DNA of 53,581 bases. Origin: Lophium mytilinum (lineage: Eukaryota). The notes beneath the pieces were generated by a model. It was not told the origin of the DNA. It saw only the letters and a list, made by a program, of their open reading frames with translations, and did no database searches. Below are positions 24,501 through 36,500 of this stretch, piece by piece; the first letter of the stretch is position 1; the number at the start of each line of letters is the position of its first letter. The stretch covers positions 124,001 to 177,581 of the forward strand of contig MU004189.1 of assembly GCA_010093605.1 (NCBI GenBank), written 5' to 3'. The position numbers and the translations under genes are program-made.

Positions 24501-27500
24501 GGCGGCCCCTGTCAAGTCGAAGAAGAGCAAAAAGGGCAAGGGAAAGAAACCTGAGGAGGTTGGACTTCCCGAGCCTGTGCAAGTAACGCCTGCCACTGAA
24601 GAGTCTATACTCCCAGCAGAAGAAACTCGGGCTGTCGAGTATCAGCCGCCAACTCCCGCCGCGGACGAATTCGCCGTTGCTGTCAAGCCAAAGAAGGGAA
24701 AGAAGGGCAAAGGGAAGAAGACCGAGGTTGAGCTTCCGGACCTTGTGCAAGAAACGCCTGTCATCGAGGAGTCAATGATTCCAGAAGGTACCCCAGAGGT
24801 GGAGGACGAGTGGGCTTTACCGTCTTCGAAGAAGGACAAAAAGGGCAAAAAAGGCAAGGAAAAGAAGTCCGCGCCGGAAAGTCCTGCTCCGGAACCGCAA
24901 ACCTTTGAAGAGTCTTTTGGCGAACGAGACATGCCGGCTGTCGAGGATGTTACTGAGGCACAGGAGGTTCTAGCCCCTCGACATCTTGCCGAGGAAGGAC
25001 CAGTCATTGAGAAAGCAATTCCCAGCGCATTCACGGAACCAACAGCTGCTGCGGACGACGAATGGGCTGTCCCTATCTCGAAGAAAGACAAGAAAGGAAG
25101 GAAAGGTAAAGATGAGAAGTCGGCTCCTGAAAGTCCTGCCCCGGGACCGGAAACCCTCGAGGAATCACTTGGAGAGCGAGACGTCCCGGCTCTTGAGGAT
25201 ACGCCTGAGGCACAAAATGCTCCAGCCCCCCGAGATCTTGCTGAGGAAGGCCCAATTATCGAAGAACCAATTCCCAGCCCGCCCACGGAGCCAGCAGTTG
25301 CTGCAGACGATGAATGGGCTGCCCCCATCTCGAAAAAAGACAAGAAGGGAAAGAAGGGCAAACGCAAGAAGTCCGCTCCGGAAAGCCCTGTACCGGAAGT
25401 CATCGAGGCAATCGCTGAGGACCGTGATCTGCCAATCGGCGAGGATGTATCCGAGCAACGAGATCTTCCACTGACCGAGAATCTGCCCGAGGAAGCTCCA
25501 GTCCTGGACGAACCCAGCTCCAGCATGCCAATAGAGTCAGCTCCAGTCGCTGCGGACGATGAATGGGCTGCACCGGTTTCGAAGAAAGACAAGAAGGGAA
25601 AAAAGGGTAAAGGCAAGAAATCTGCTTCCGAAAGTTCTGTACCGGAAGTCATCGAGGCGTTTTCTGAGGACCGAGATCTTCAAGTCGGTCAGGATGATGT
25701 TCCAATGGCCGAGGATGCCCCCGAGAAACGGGATGAGCTAGTAGCCGAGGATTTCACCAGGGAAGCTCCAGTTTTCGAGGAACCTACTACCAGCACGCCC
25801 ACGGAATCAGGCCCAGTCGCCGCGGATGATGAACGGCCAATGCCGGCCTCCAAGAAGGACAAGAAGGGAAAGAAGGCCAAAGGCAAGAAGTCTGCGCCTG
25901 AGAGCCCTGCACCGGAAATGGTAGAGAACGTCTCTGGTGAGCGAGAGATCCCTATGGTGACCGAAGAGCCAACTTTCCAGGAGCCGCTCAATCAGCCAGT
26001 CATTGAGGACACCGTCGCAAGCATTGTCAACGAGGAACCAGCCGCAGCAGAAGATGAATGGGCAATGCCTCCGTCGAAGAAGGACAAGAAAGGAAAGAAA
26101 GGCAAAGGCAAGAAGTCAGCCCCAGAAAGTCCAGCATTCGACACCATCCCCACAATCTCAAGGGACGCGGATATCTTAGACTCTGAGCAACCCGTACTTG
26201 ACGAACAGATCGCAACTCTTCCAGCTGAGCAAACTGAAGCTGGAGAGGACGAGTGGGCTGCACCTGCATTCAAGAAAGACAGAAAGGGAAAGAAAGGCAA
26301 GAATAGGGCATCCGTTGTGCCTGAGCCTACAGAGGAAGAGAAGACTCCCACTCCTACGCTGGCTGGGCCTGAGGCAGCGCTTCTCGATGTCGAGGACAAA
26401 GTCCCAATAGATTTCAGCGCCAAAGAACCGACCCCGCTTTCCAGCTTTGAGCTCGAACGAGATTTTACTCCTGCCGAGGAGCTAGATACCGGTCAGCATG
26501 AAGATGCTGTTCTTCCTCCAATCCAAGACCTGGATTCCAAGCCTACAGCCGAGAGGCCTGCACTACCTTCCGAGAAACTCAACGACCGGGAACAGGAACC
26601 TTCTGAGATCGCGCTCCCCGTTGATGAGCCTGCATCATCTTTCAAGACATCAGACGACCGCGAGCAGGAGCCTTCTGAAATTCCACTTCCCGTTAATGAG
26701 CCTACACGATCTTTCGAGAAACTCGACTACCGCGAACAAGAACCATCCGAGATCCCGCTTCCCGTTGACGAGACACTAGACCACCGCGAGCAGGAGCCTT
26801 CTGAGATCCCGCTTCAAATTAATGAGCCGGCACCATCTTCCGAGACACTCGATCACCACGAACAAGAACCTTCTGAGATTCCGCTTCCCGTTGACGAGCC
26901 TACATCATCTTTCAAGACATTAGACGACCGCGAACAGGCACCTTCCGAGATCCCGCTTCCCATTGTAGAGCCTGCATCGTCGCTTGAGACACTGGACGAC
27001 CGCAAACAAGAGCCTTCTGAGATACCGCTCCCCGAGACTCGTGAGCTGGATCTAGAGCCGTCGATTCCGATTCTGGAACCTTCATCTGTCGATGATGCTA
27101 AGGGTGCGGAATACTTCGAAAGTACCATCCCTCAGACAGAGAATCAATCTTCAGTTCCTACAGAAGAAAGGGAATCCGAGCAGCTTCTCGTTTCTGAAAC
27201 ACCCCTTGAAGAGGCCAAAGAAGATGACTGGGCCCCGACGACAAGTAAAAAGGGCAAGAAAGGGAAGAAGGTCAAGAAGTTGAATGAGGTCTCTCGTCCA
27301 TCTACCCCGCCGCCAGTCGAAGAGCCAGTTGTCAGTTATTCTGTCACACCATTCGAGACTGAAGTTCCAGCTCAAATGCAGGAGAGAGCTATCGAGCAAG
27401 CGACCCTTCCCGAAACACCACTCGAAGAAGCTCAAGAAGATGAGTGGGCCCCGACGACAAGCAAAAAGGGTAAAAAGGGGAAGAAAGGCAAGAAAGTGAA

Positions 27501-30500
27501 GGAGGCTTCTCGGCCATCTACCCCACCTTTAGTCGAGGAACCCGTTGTCGAGCGAGAATTCATGGATACTATTGCCCCAGTCGAGAATGAAGCATCCGTG
27601 CCAATCGAGGAAAACGACGTCCCGCAATTTGATGCCGCGAAAACACCACTTGAAGAGACCCAGGAAGATGATTGGGCACCAACGACTAGCAAAAAGAGCA
27701 AGAAAGGGAAGAAGGGCAAGAAATCCCAGGAGCCATCTCGTCCACCTACACCGGCCCCTGTTGAAGAGGCAGTAGCCAGTCCCGCGGAAACCTCTGCACT
27801 TGAGGTAACCGAACCCGCTGCCGTACAGCCCGAAGAGCCCACCCGCGAGCCTCTTGACCCCCGGGTAACACAAACCGGCCAAGATAACCTCGATAGTTCT
27901 CTTGGAACACCTGTCGAGGAAAGCCGAGAAGATCTCTGGGCTCCTACTGGAAAGAAGGGCAAGAAAGGCAAGAAAGAGAAACGCGCATCCGGTATTAGTA
28001 GTCCGCTAGTGGAGGCTGAACCGGAGATTAAGGAGTCAGAACCAAATGTTGAGAGCCGAGATCTTGACTTCGCAGGCGAAGGTAGACTTTCTGCGCAAGC
28101 TTCGGATCCAGTGCTCTCAGAGCCGCCAGCGGTTGTCCATGAGACCGATCTGCCTGCTGAGGAGGTTGGAGAAAAGCCGAGTCTTGTTTCCGAAACAGCT
28201 GATATCGAACCCGAGACTTCCTTGCCCGCAGTTGAAGAGGCTAAAGAGGTGCCAAGTCATTCTGTTGAACAACCTGTCGTTGAATCGGATGTTCCCTTAC
28301 CTGCAGTTGAAGAGGCTAGGGAGGTACCAGGTTTTGCTGCTGAACCAACCGTCGCTGAGTCGGAGACTTTCTTTGACGGTTCCGCACAAGATCCAGTTAT
28401 TCCGGAAACCCCAGCCGACGAGTCAGTAGAGAACGATAGCCTCTGGGCTGCGACAAGCAAAAAGAAGGGCAAGAAAGGCAAGAAAGGACGACAAACTTCC
28501 GTTCCAAGCACTCCGCCTGTAACCGAAGAGCCCGAGCTCGCTGAGCCTGGACCTGCTCAAGAGCCGTCTAACACTGCTTTGCAAATGGAGAGCCGTAACC
28601 TTCTGGATGCTCCGGAGTCCGCTGAGCTGCCCGGTGTTGAAAAACTTGCACAGGAGGACGAGCCCGAGTTCTTTGCGACCTCGAAGAAGAAAGGCAAGAA
28701 AGGCAAGAAGGAAAGGCAGGCTTCTATTGCAGGCACCCCGCCTGTGAGTGAAGAACCTGTAGTCGCCGAGCCGGAACCGGAACCCGCGGAGGAGCTCTCT
28801 AACACAATCCCAGATATTGAAGGGCCTGGGCCATTGGAGATAGCAGAACCTGCAGACACGCCTACTGTTCAAGAAACCCCACAGGACGAACAGCCTGAAT
28901 TCTTTACGACCTCGAAGAAGAAAGGCAAGAAAGGCAAGAAGGGAAAACAGGCTTCTACTCCAAGCACCCCGCCTGTGACTGAAGAACCTGAAATTGCCGA
29001 ACCTACACCCACCGAGCCTGAACCAGAAGCCGCCGAGGAGCTCTCTAACACAGTCCCGGACATCGAAAAGTCTGAGCCATTGGAGGCAGCCGAGCCTGCA
29101 GATACGCCTGTTGTTCAACAAACCCCGCAGGACGAGGAGCCTGAGTTCTTCACGACCTCGAAGAAGAAAGTCAAAAAGGGGAAGAAGGGAAGGCAGGCCT
29201 CTGTTCCGAGCACGCCTTCTAATATCGATGAAACTAAATCTGCTGAGCCTGAATTCGCTGAGCGCGCACTCGCTGAGGCTGAACCCGTCGAGGCTGAACC
29301 AACCGAGGCTGAACCCACCGAGCAGCCCCCTACCATCGCCCCGGAAGTCGAAAGCTCCCAGCCATTGGATGTAACGGAATATGCGGAAACGTCGAGTTTC
29401 CAAGAAACCCCACAACACGAAGATCCTGCCGATTTCTTCAGGACTAGTAAGAAGAAAGGCAAGAAGGGGAAGAAGGGCCGACAGACTTCTGTTCCGAGCA
29501 CTCCTATCGTCACTGAAGAGCCGAAAGTAACTGAGCCTGGGCCTGCTGATCGCGAACTCCCCGATCCTGACTTCCCTGTGCCCGAACTCGCCCACGTCGA
29601 ACATGCGGAGCCCGAATCCGCCCAAGTCGAATATGCTGAGCCCGGACCCGCCCAAGTAGAACATGCTGAGCACGAACCCGTTCAAGAGCCTTCTGCTATC
29701 GTTCCCGAAGAACAAAGGTCCGAACCATTGGACGTACCAGAGCCGGCAGAAACACAAACTGCTCAAGACCCTTCCAATGATGAAGAATTTGGGTTCTTCG
29801 CTACCTCGAGGGAGGGCAAGAAAGGAAAGAAGGGAAGGAAGGAATCCGTTCCGAGCACTCCACCTGTCATTGAAGAGGCGACTTTTGCTCGGCCTGAATT
29901 CGCGGAGCCTGGACTTGCGGAACGTAAGCTCGTGGAGCCCGATTTTGCTCAAGCACCCTCTAATATCGTTCCGGAAGTCGCAAGATCTGAGGACCCCGCA
30001 GAATCTGCAGAAACACCAAGCGTTCAAGAATCTCCGAAGGACGATGATTTTGACTTCTCCACCTCCAAGAAAAAGGGTAAAAAGGGCAAGAAAGGAAGAC
30101 AAGCATCCGTCCCAAGCACTCCGCTCGTTATCGAAGAGCCAGAGCTCGCTGAGCCAGGACCCACTGAGCCCGAAGTTGCTCAAGAGCCCTCTACTACTGA
30201 TCCGGAAGTCGAGAACCGTGGCTTATCAGAGTCATTAGAGACGTCAGGCGCACAAGCAACTCCGAATGATGAGGACTTTGGCTTCTTCACGAGCTCGAAG
30301 AAAGGCAAAAAGGGAAGAAAAGCATCTGTTCCGAGCACGCCTCCTGTGACTGAAGATCTAGAATCCGCTAAGGAGTCCTCTGATATGGTTCCCGAAACTG
30401 ATAGGTTAGAGCCATTGGATATAGCATCGGCAGAGACTCCAATTGTTCAAGAGACTCCTAAGGACGAGGACACTGACTTCTTTCCGACCACAAAGAAAGG

Positions 30501-33500
30501 CAAGAAGGGAAAGAGAGGAAAACAAGTATCAGTCCCAAACACTCCACCTGTCATTGAAGAACCCCAACCCGCCCAGGAGCCTTCTAATATCATCCCGGAA
30601 ACCGAAAGATCTGAGCCTTTAACTGTTGCGGAGCCCACAGAAGTCCCACAGGAAGAAGAATCGGTGGACCTCTTTACAACCACTAAGAAGGGCAAGAAGG
30701 GTAAGAAAGGAAGACAAGCATCCGTTCCCAGTACTCCATCTGCGTTAGAACCGCTTGAACTTCTCGAGGAGCCAGCCAGATCTGTTCCGGACCTCCAAAG
30801 CTCTGAGCCACTAGAGATAGTTGAATCGGCAGAAACCAATGTCCAGGAAACTCCGAAGGACGAGGAGCCGCTTGACTTTTTCAACGCGAAGAAAAAAGGC
30901 AAAAAGGGCAAGAAGGGACGGCAAGCTTCTGTCCCTAGTACTCCTGTCAATGAGGAGGAGCGCGAGCTGCCAGTTGATGAGTCTTTTAAGCCAATGGAAG
31001 AATTTTTTTCAAGAGCAGTTATTGGCCAGGAAAGCCACGATGCCACCGAGCAAGCAGCTACCAATGATGAAGCCGATGCACCTGACGTTGTGGTAGAAGA
31101 GTCATCCCGACAAGCTCAGGACCACCACGACAACGCTGCTGTTCCTATTTTCCAGTCATCGTTAGAAGCGCCAACGCCTGCCGACGAGTTCTCTGAACCC
31201 GTCAAGGACACGGAAGACTCGTTCGCTCAAGTAAGCACAAAGAAAGACAAGAAGGGAAAGAAGGGAAAGAAGGGAAACCGACTTTCCCTTTCTAGCCCTA
31301 TAGTCATTCCAGAAGGACCACAGTCTGAAACTCAGAAACCCATGCCTGAAGCCTCCGGAGTTCATGCCATCGACTTCGGTACATCTTCTCCAAATGTCCC
31401 CAGGGAAATTCCGATCGACGATATGACCACTAAGCCTGAAGGCGACAAGAAGAAGTTGGGGATACCCATGTTCACATCACCGCAGCCAATGGATGCCCAG
31501 GATCTTAGCCCCGAGACACCGGAGCCAGAACCATCCGTCGAGGAAGAATTCAGCGCGCCGAAGAGTAAGAAGGACAGAAAGAAGGAGAAACGGAAGGGCA
31601 AATCTTCTGATGTTACAGAGCCATGCGCAGAGCCTGAAGCGTTAGCATCGCGAGATCTCGAAGATGCTACTAAACATTCGGAGCCTGAAACTCTTTCCTC
31701 TGCTACTTATGCCCCGATCGAAGATAGTTCGTCTACCTCATTCCCTGCCGAACAAGAAACTCCTCTCGAGACTCCTTTTAGCGACGCCAACGAAGATTTT
31801 GCTACTCCCACTGAGAGTCAAACAAGGGATTTTTCTGCGCCTGCGGTCGAATTACCCGAACTCGATCAGCCACACAGTTCTCCACCCCATCCGAGTCTTG
31901 GGCGTGAAGCAGCATATGAACCCCACCATACGGAGCATCTAGAGACTCCAGGTACCGAAACCGATGACTTTGCTACACCAGCTGAAACGGCCACCGAATG
32001 GGCTGTGCCAAGTATCCCTGAGCCAATTGCGGAACATGAGGGCGAGACTAGGAATATGCCTCCAAAGATTGAATCCGCTGAGTCCACCCCGCTTGAACAA
32101 TTTAAAGCTAAGAAAAGCAAGAAGGACAAAAAGAAGGGCAAGCAGGGTAAAGGATCCTCTCTCGATTGGTCAGAGCCTACAGGATTTGGCGGCCCTGAAA
32201 CTTCAGCTGTCGAAGCAGAATCTTCGAATCGTGATCTAGCGCCAGAGGCCATACCCAAGGATCCGACAAAAGAACCCGAAACTAACGTTTTGGGAGATGA
32301 CTATCAGCGAGAGGTCCCGGTATCACAGGAATTTCAAGATGACCGGGCTTTGCCCGAAGCCCCCCAGGAATCCGCCGAACCCGAAGTCGAGCCGTCCTTC
32401 AGCCTCAAAAAGGGCGAGAAGGAGAAACGCAAGTCAAAGAAAGGAATAGCTACTCCGGTTGAATCTTTCGAGCAAGCAGAGGCTTCTACAGTCTTTGCGG
32501 ATGAACCGCTAGTTATTGATCATCCTTCCGAAACTCTGGCGGAGAGAAGCATTGATGAGCCGGAGGATAAGCTACAAGAAGTCACAGAGCCTATGATTGC
32601 CGAGCTTCAAGCTGAGCAAGAGCTGAATCCCGAGGATGAGTTCCCTGCCTTCACGACTACTTCCAAGAAGAGCAAAAAAGAGAAACGAAAGTCGAAGAAA
32701 GGAACGTCCACTCCTGTTGAAACTTTTGAACAAGCGGAACCATCTATTGCCTTTGAGGACAAAGCACCAACTGTGGAGCCTCCCTTCGAAGGGTCGGCTG
32801 ACAGGAGCGTTGATGAAGTGGAGACTAAACTGGAGGACGTGTCAACTCCCATGGACGTGGAGCCCCAAGCTGTACAGGAGCCAAATGCCGAAGACGAATT
32901 CCCTACTTTCACGACTACTTCTAAGAAAAGTAAAAAGGAGAAACGCAACTCAAAGAGAGGACTATCCACCCCAGTCGAAGTTGAACAAGCCGGACCATCT
33001 ACTACTGCTACGGGTGAGCCATCAATAATCGAGCTTTCCTTCGAAGATCCGGCGGACAAGAGCGTTGATGAACCGACAGACAAGAGCGTCCAGGAGCCGG
33101 AAGACAAGAGCGTAGAAGAGCCGGAAAACAAGAGCGTAGAGGAGCCGGAAGACAAGATACAAGATGTTCCGGGGCCTAACGTTGAGCACCAAGCTCAGCA
33201 GGAGCCGGTCCTCGAGGACGAGTTTCCGACTTTCATGACCTCTAAGGAGCGCAAGAAGGATAAGAAAAAGTCTAAGAAAGGAGTTTCTACGCCGACCGAG
33301 TTTGCCGAGGAAGCAGAACCTTCCACTTTAGTCCAAGATGAACCGTCCAATCTCGAGTTGCCTCCTGAGGTTATAGCCGGTAGGGATGTTGGTGAGGTAG
33401 GAGATAACTCACTGGACATCTCAGAACCGACGAACGTTGGACTTCCGGCCGAACCAGAACCCAATCCGGATGAGGAGTTCCCTGCCTTTACGACGGCTAA

Positions 33501-36500
33501 GAAGAGCAGAAAAGATAAAAAGAAGTCTAGGAAAGGGGTGTCTACTCCGATCGAGCCTCTCGAGCCAGCAGAAGCTTCCACCCGGCCCCAAGATGAACCT
33601 TTCAGTTTCGAGCTGCCTTCTGAGGATGTAGCTAAAGAGAATCTACATGACGTCTCCGAGTCTATGGACTTAAAACCTCCACCCGAATCAGCGACAACCC
33701 CGGATGAGGAGTTCCCTGCCTTCACGTCTACTAAAAAGAGCAAGAAGGATAGAAAGAACTCTAAGAAGGGGGCATCAACTCCGATCGAGCCCGTCGAGCA
33801 AACAGAATCTTCCATTCTACTCCAAGACGAACCATCCAATTTCGAGCTACCTTCTGAGGTTGTAGCTACAGGCAATCTGCAGGACGTCTCCGAGCCTATA
33901 GGCGTCGAACCCTTGGCTGAATCAGCGCCGAATCCAGATGAGGAGTTCCCTGCCTTCACGTCCAACAAGAAGAGTAAGAAGGAGAAGCGAAAGTCTAGAA
34001 AGGGAACCGACACCCCTATCTTCGAACCAGAAGAACCTTCCACCTTAGTCGAGGAAGCCCAAGGCCCCATAATTGAGCCTTCCATCGAACCAGTGAGTGA
34101 CAGGGCTATCGATGAGTCCGAAACCAATCCTCAACAACCCGGGGAACCCCAAGAAACTGCACTGCCAGATACGCGAGAAGAGCCTGTCGAGGAGGAACCC
34201 TTCGCTTTTGCAACGAGGAAGAGCAAGAAGGAAAAGCGAAACTCTAAGAAGGGCGTAGCAACTCCCGTCTCCGAGCCGGAAGAAATCTCTACATTAGCCG
34301 AGAAACCCCAAGCCGCCATCGAAAGCTCTCATATCGAAACGGAAGCTGACAGGGCTATTGATGAGACTCAAACTATCTCACAAGAACCCTTAGCGCCTCT
34401 AGAGACTATCTTGCCAGATACGCAAGATGAACTCGACGAGGAACCTTTCACCGTTGCGGCAAAGAGGAGCAAAAAGGAATGGAGAAAGTCTAAGAAGGGC
34501 GCAGCAACTCCCGTTGAGGAAATCGAGGCTGCTCAGCCAAGTACTTCGCCTCCTGAGCCTGAGGCCGAATCCAGCTTCGCCAATACACGGGATGAGACAA
34601 GTGCTAAGGACGAACATGCCCCTGAACAAGCCGTTTTTCCCGAAGAGCCTACCGATTTGCCTGTTCTTGAAGAGGAAACCACTCTATCCTCCATGAAAAG
34701 GAGCAAGAAAGAGAAACGGAAGGGAAAGAAGGGCACAGCGACGCCGATATCGGAACCAGAATTGATTCCTGAAGCAAATACTGACCCGTCAAGAGGAGAT
34801 GCCGAGCAAGCTGACGAATGGACTCAACCAACGGTGGAGCAGCCACAACTTCCTGAGCCTTTAAGTGTTCCGTTACCCGAAGACATCGGCCGCGATCTTG
34901 GCGATAAGCTTGCAATCCCGGAGCCCAGTAGTCAACCCGAAACGCCTTTCCCAAAAGCCACAGACCCATCATTCGACCATTTCTTCGAACAACCTCCTCA
35001 TCACAGATTTGAGGGTTACTCCGAGGAACCAGCGGTTGTACAATCAGTTCCTACTCTGGGCGATTCAGCACTCTTCTTACCCGCCGAGGACTTCGCTGAC
35101 AAAAAGCGCCCGACGATCAAGGAACATACTCAAGAACCTACTACGAGCCGACGCTCCGAGTCTCCAAGTACAGATATTGATTTCGCAGCAACTGTTGCGG
35201 CAGGCTTGGAAGACTCTGGCTTCGATCCCAGACTTGTTCTAGGGGACGCATCATTCCACAGGAAATCATCACCTCCGCCCGTGGCCGGCGAGGCTGACCC
35301 CGAAGAAGATGTGGCTACGTCCAGGAACAAGGGCAAGAAAGGAAAGAAAGCCAAAGTGAGCCGAACTCCATCTGTCGACCGAATCTCCGCTTCCGACGAA
35401 GTCGTAGAATCGTCAAGGGATCTTCATGCAGCCTCAGAATCTCAGTCGATGGCTGAAGATAGATACCAGGCACCACAAACTCTCGGTGAGCGTGGTTCGG
35501 AGTTTGACCCCAATCTTGTTATGAACGATCCCCTCTTTTCTCGACGCCAGACCCCTCCAGGCACACTGGAAGAGGCAGATCCTGATGAACTCTATCCTGT
35601 CCAACAGAAAGGCAAAAAGGGGAAGAAGGGCAAGAAGGCGCAGGCCTCGGTCCCTGAACCGCCTCTCGAGTCCGATTTCACAACTCCACTTGAAAGCGAG
35701 CAGCCAACCGCTCCAGAAGCCTCGGCGGATACTACGCGCGAGATCATTGAGTCAGAGCCAACACAGCCTGTGGAAGCAGAAGACTTTGGGTACTTCACGA
35801 GCAAGAAAAAGGGCAAGAAAGGAAAGAAAGGACAAGCCTCTGTTCCAGAGACCCCTCTCGATTCCGGTATCACAACTCCACTTGAGATGGACCAGCAACC
35901 CGCGCTAGCAGCTTCTACAAGCATTACACGGGACCTCCCCGAGCCACATACAGCCCAGCCTGCTGAGACCGAAGACTTCGGGTACTTCACAAGCAAGAAG
36001 AAGGGTAAGAAGGGCGGCAAAGATAAGAAACGTGCTTCCGTGACTCAAGAAAGCGAATCAAGGGCTGTCGAGGACCCGACGGTTGAGGCTCCCACGGATG
36101 TGCCTTCCGTTGTTGAGACTCCAGCTTTTGAGACCCCCGCTTTCGAGTCTGCACAAGAAACGCCAAACTTCGAGACCCCGGCTTTTGAGACTCCTGGGTT
36201 TGTGACCCCGGGCAAGGAAATGGAACCTTTGGAAGAACGAACTGTACAAGACTCGGGGGAGGTGGCAGCTGAAAAGGATAACGATGACTGGAACCCCGAA
36301 CCCAAAAAGAAGGGAAAGAAGGGTAAATCCAAGCTCTCAAAAGCAGCTGAATCGACATATTCCGAGGAGCCGCAGTCTTCGCAGGCTGTCGATCAAGATA
36401 CCACATTCACTCCCGAGGCATCATCAGGAACTCAACCTGCCGAGGATTTGACACCTATCGAGCTATCGAAGGAAGTATCCGATCTTGCGACACCATCGGA

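Noticed and set aside
26581..27035. Regularly spaced repeats as a possible CRISPR array
   Set aside because: Eukaryotic, in-frame, degenerate at synonymous sites, with no unique spacers or cas genes.
28423..30183. 586-aa minus-strand ORF and many other antisense ORFs over leashin
   Set aside because: Shadow frames of the repetitive sense gene (Phe/Leu/Ser runs mirror Lys/Glu codons); non-ATG start and no independent features.
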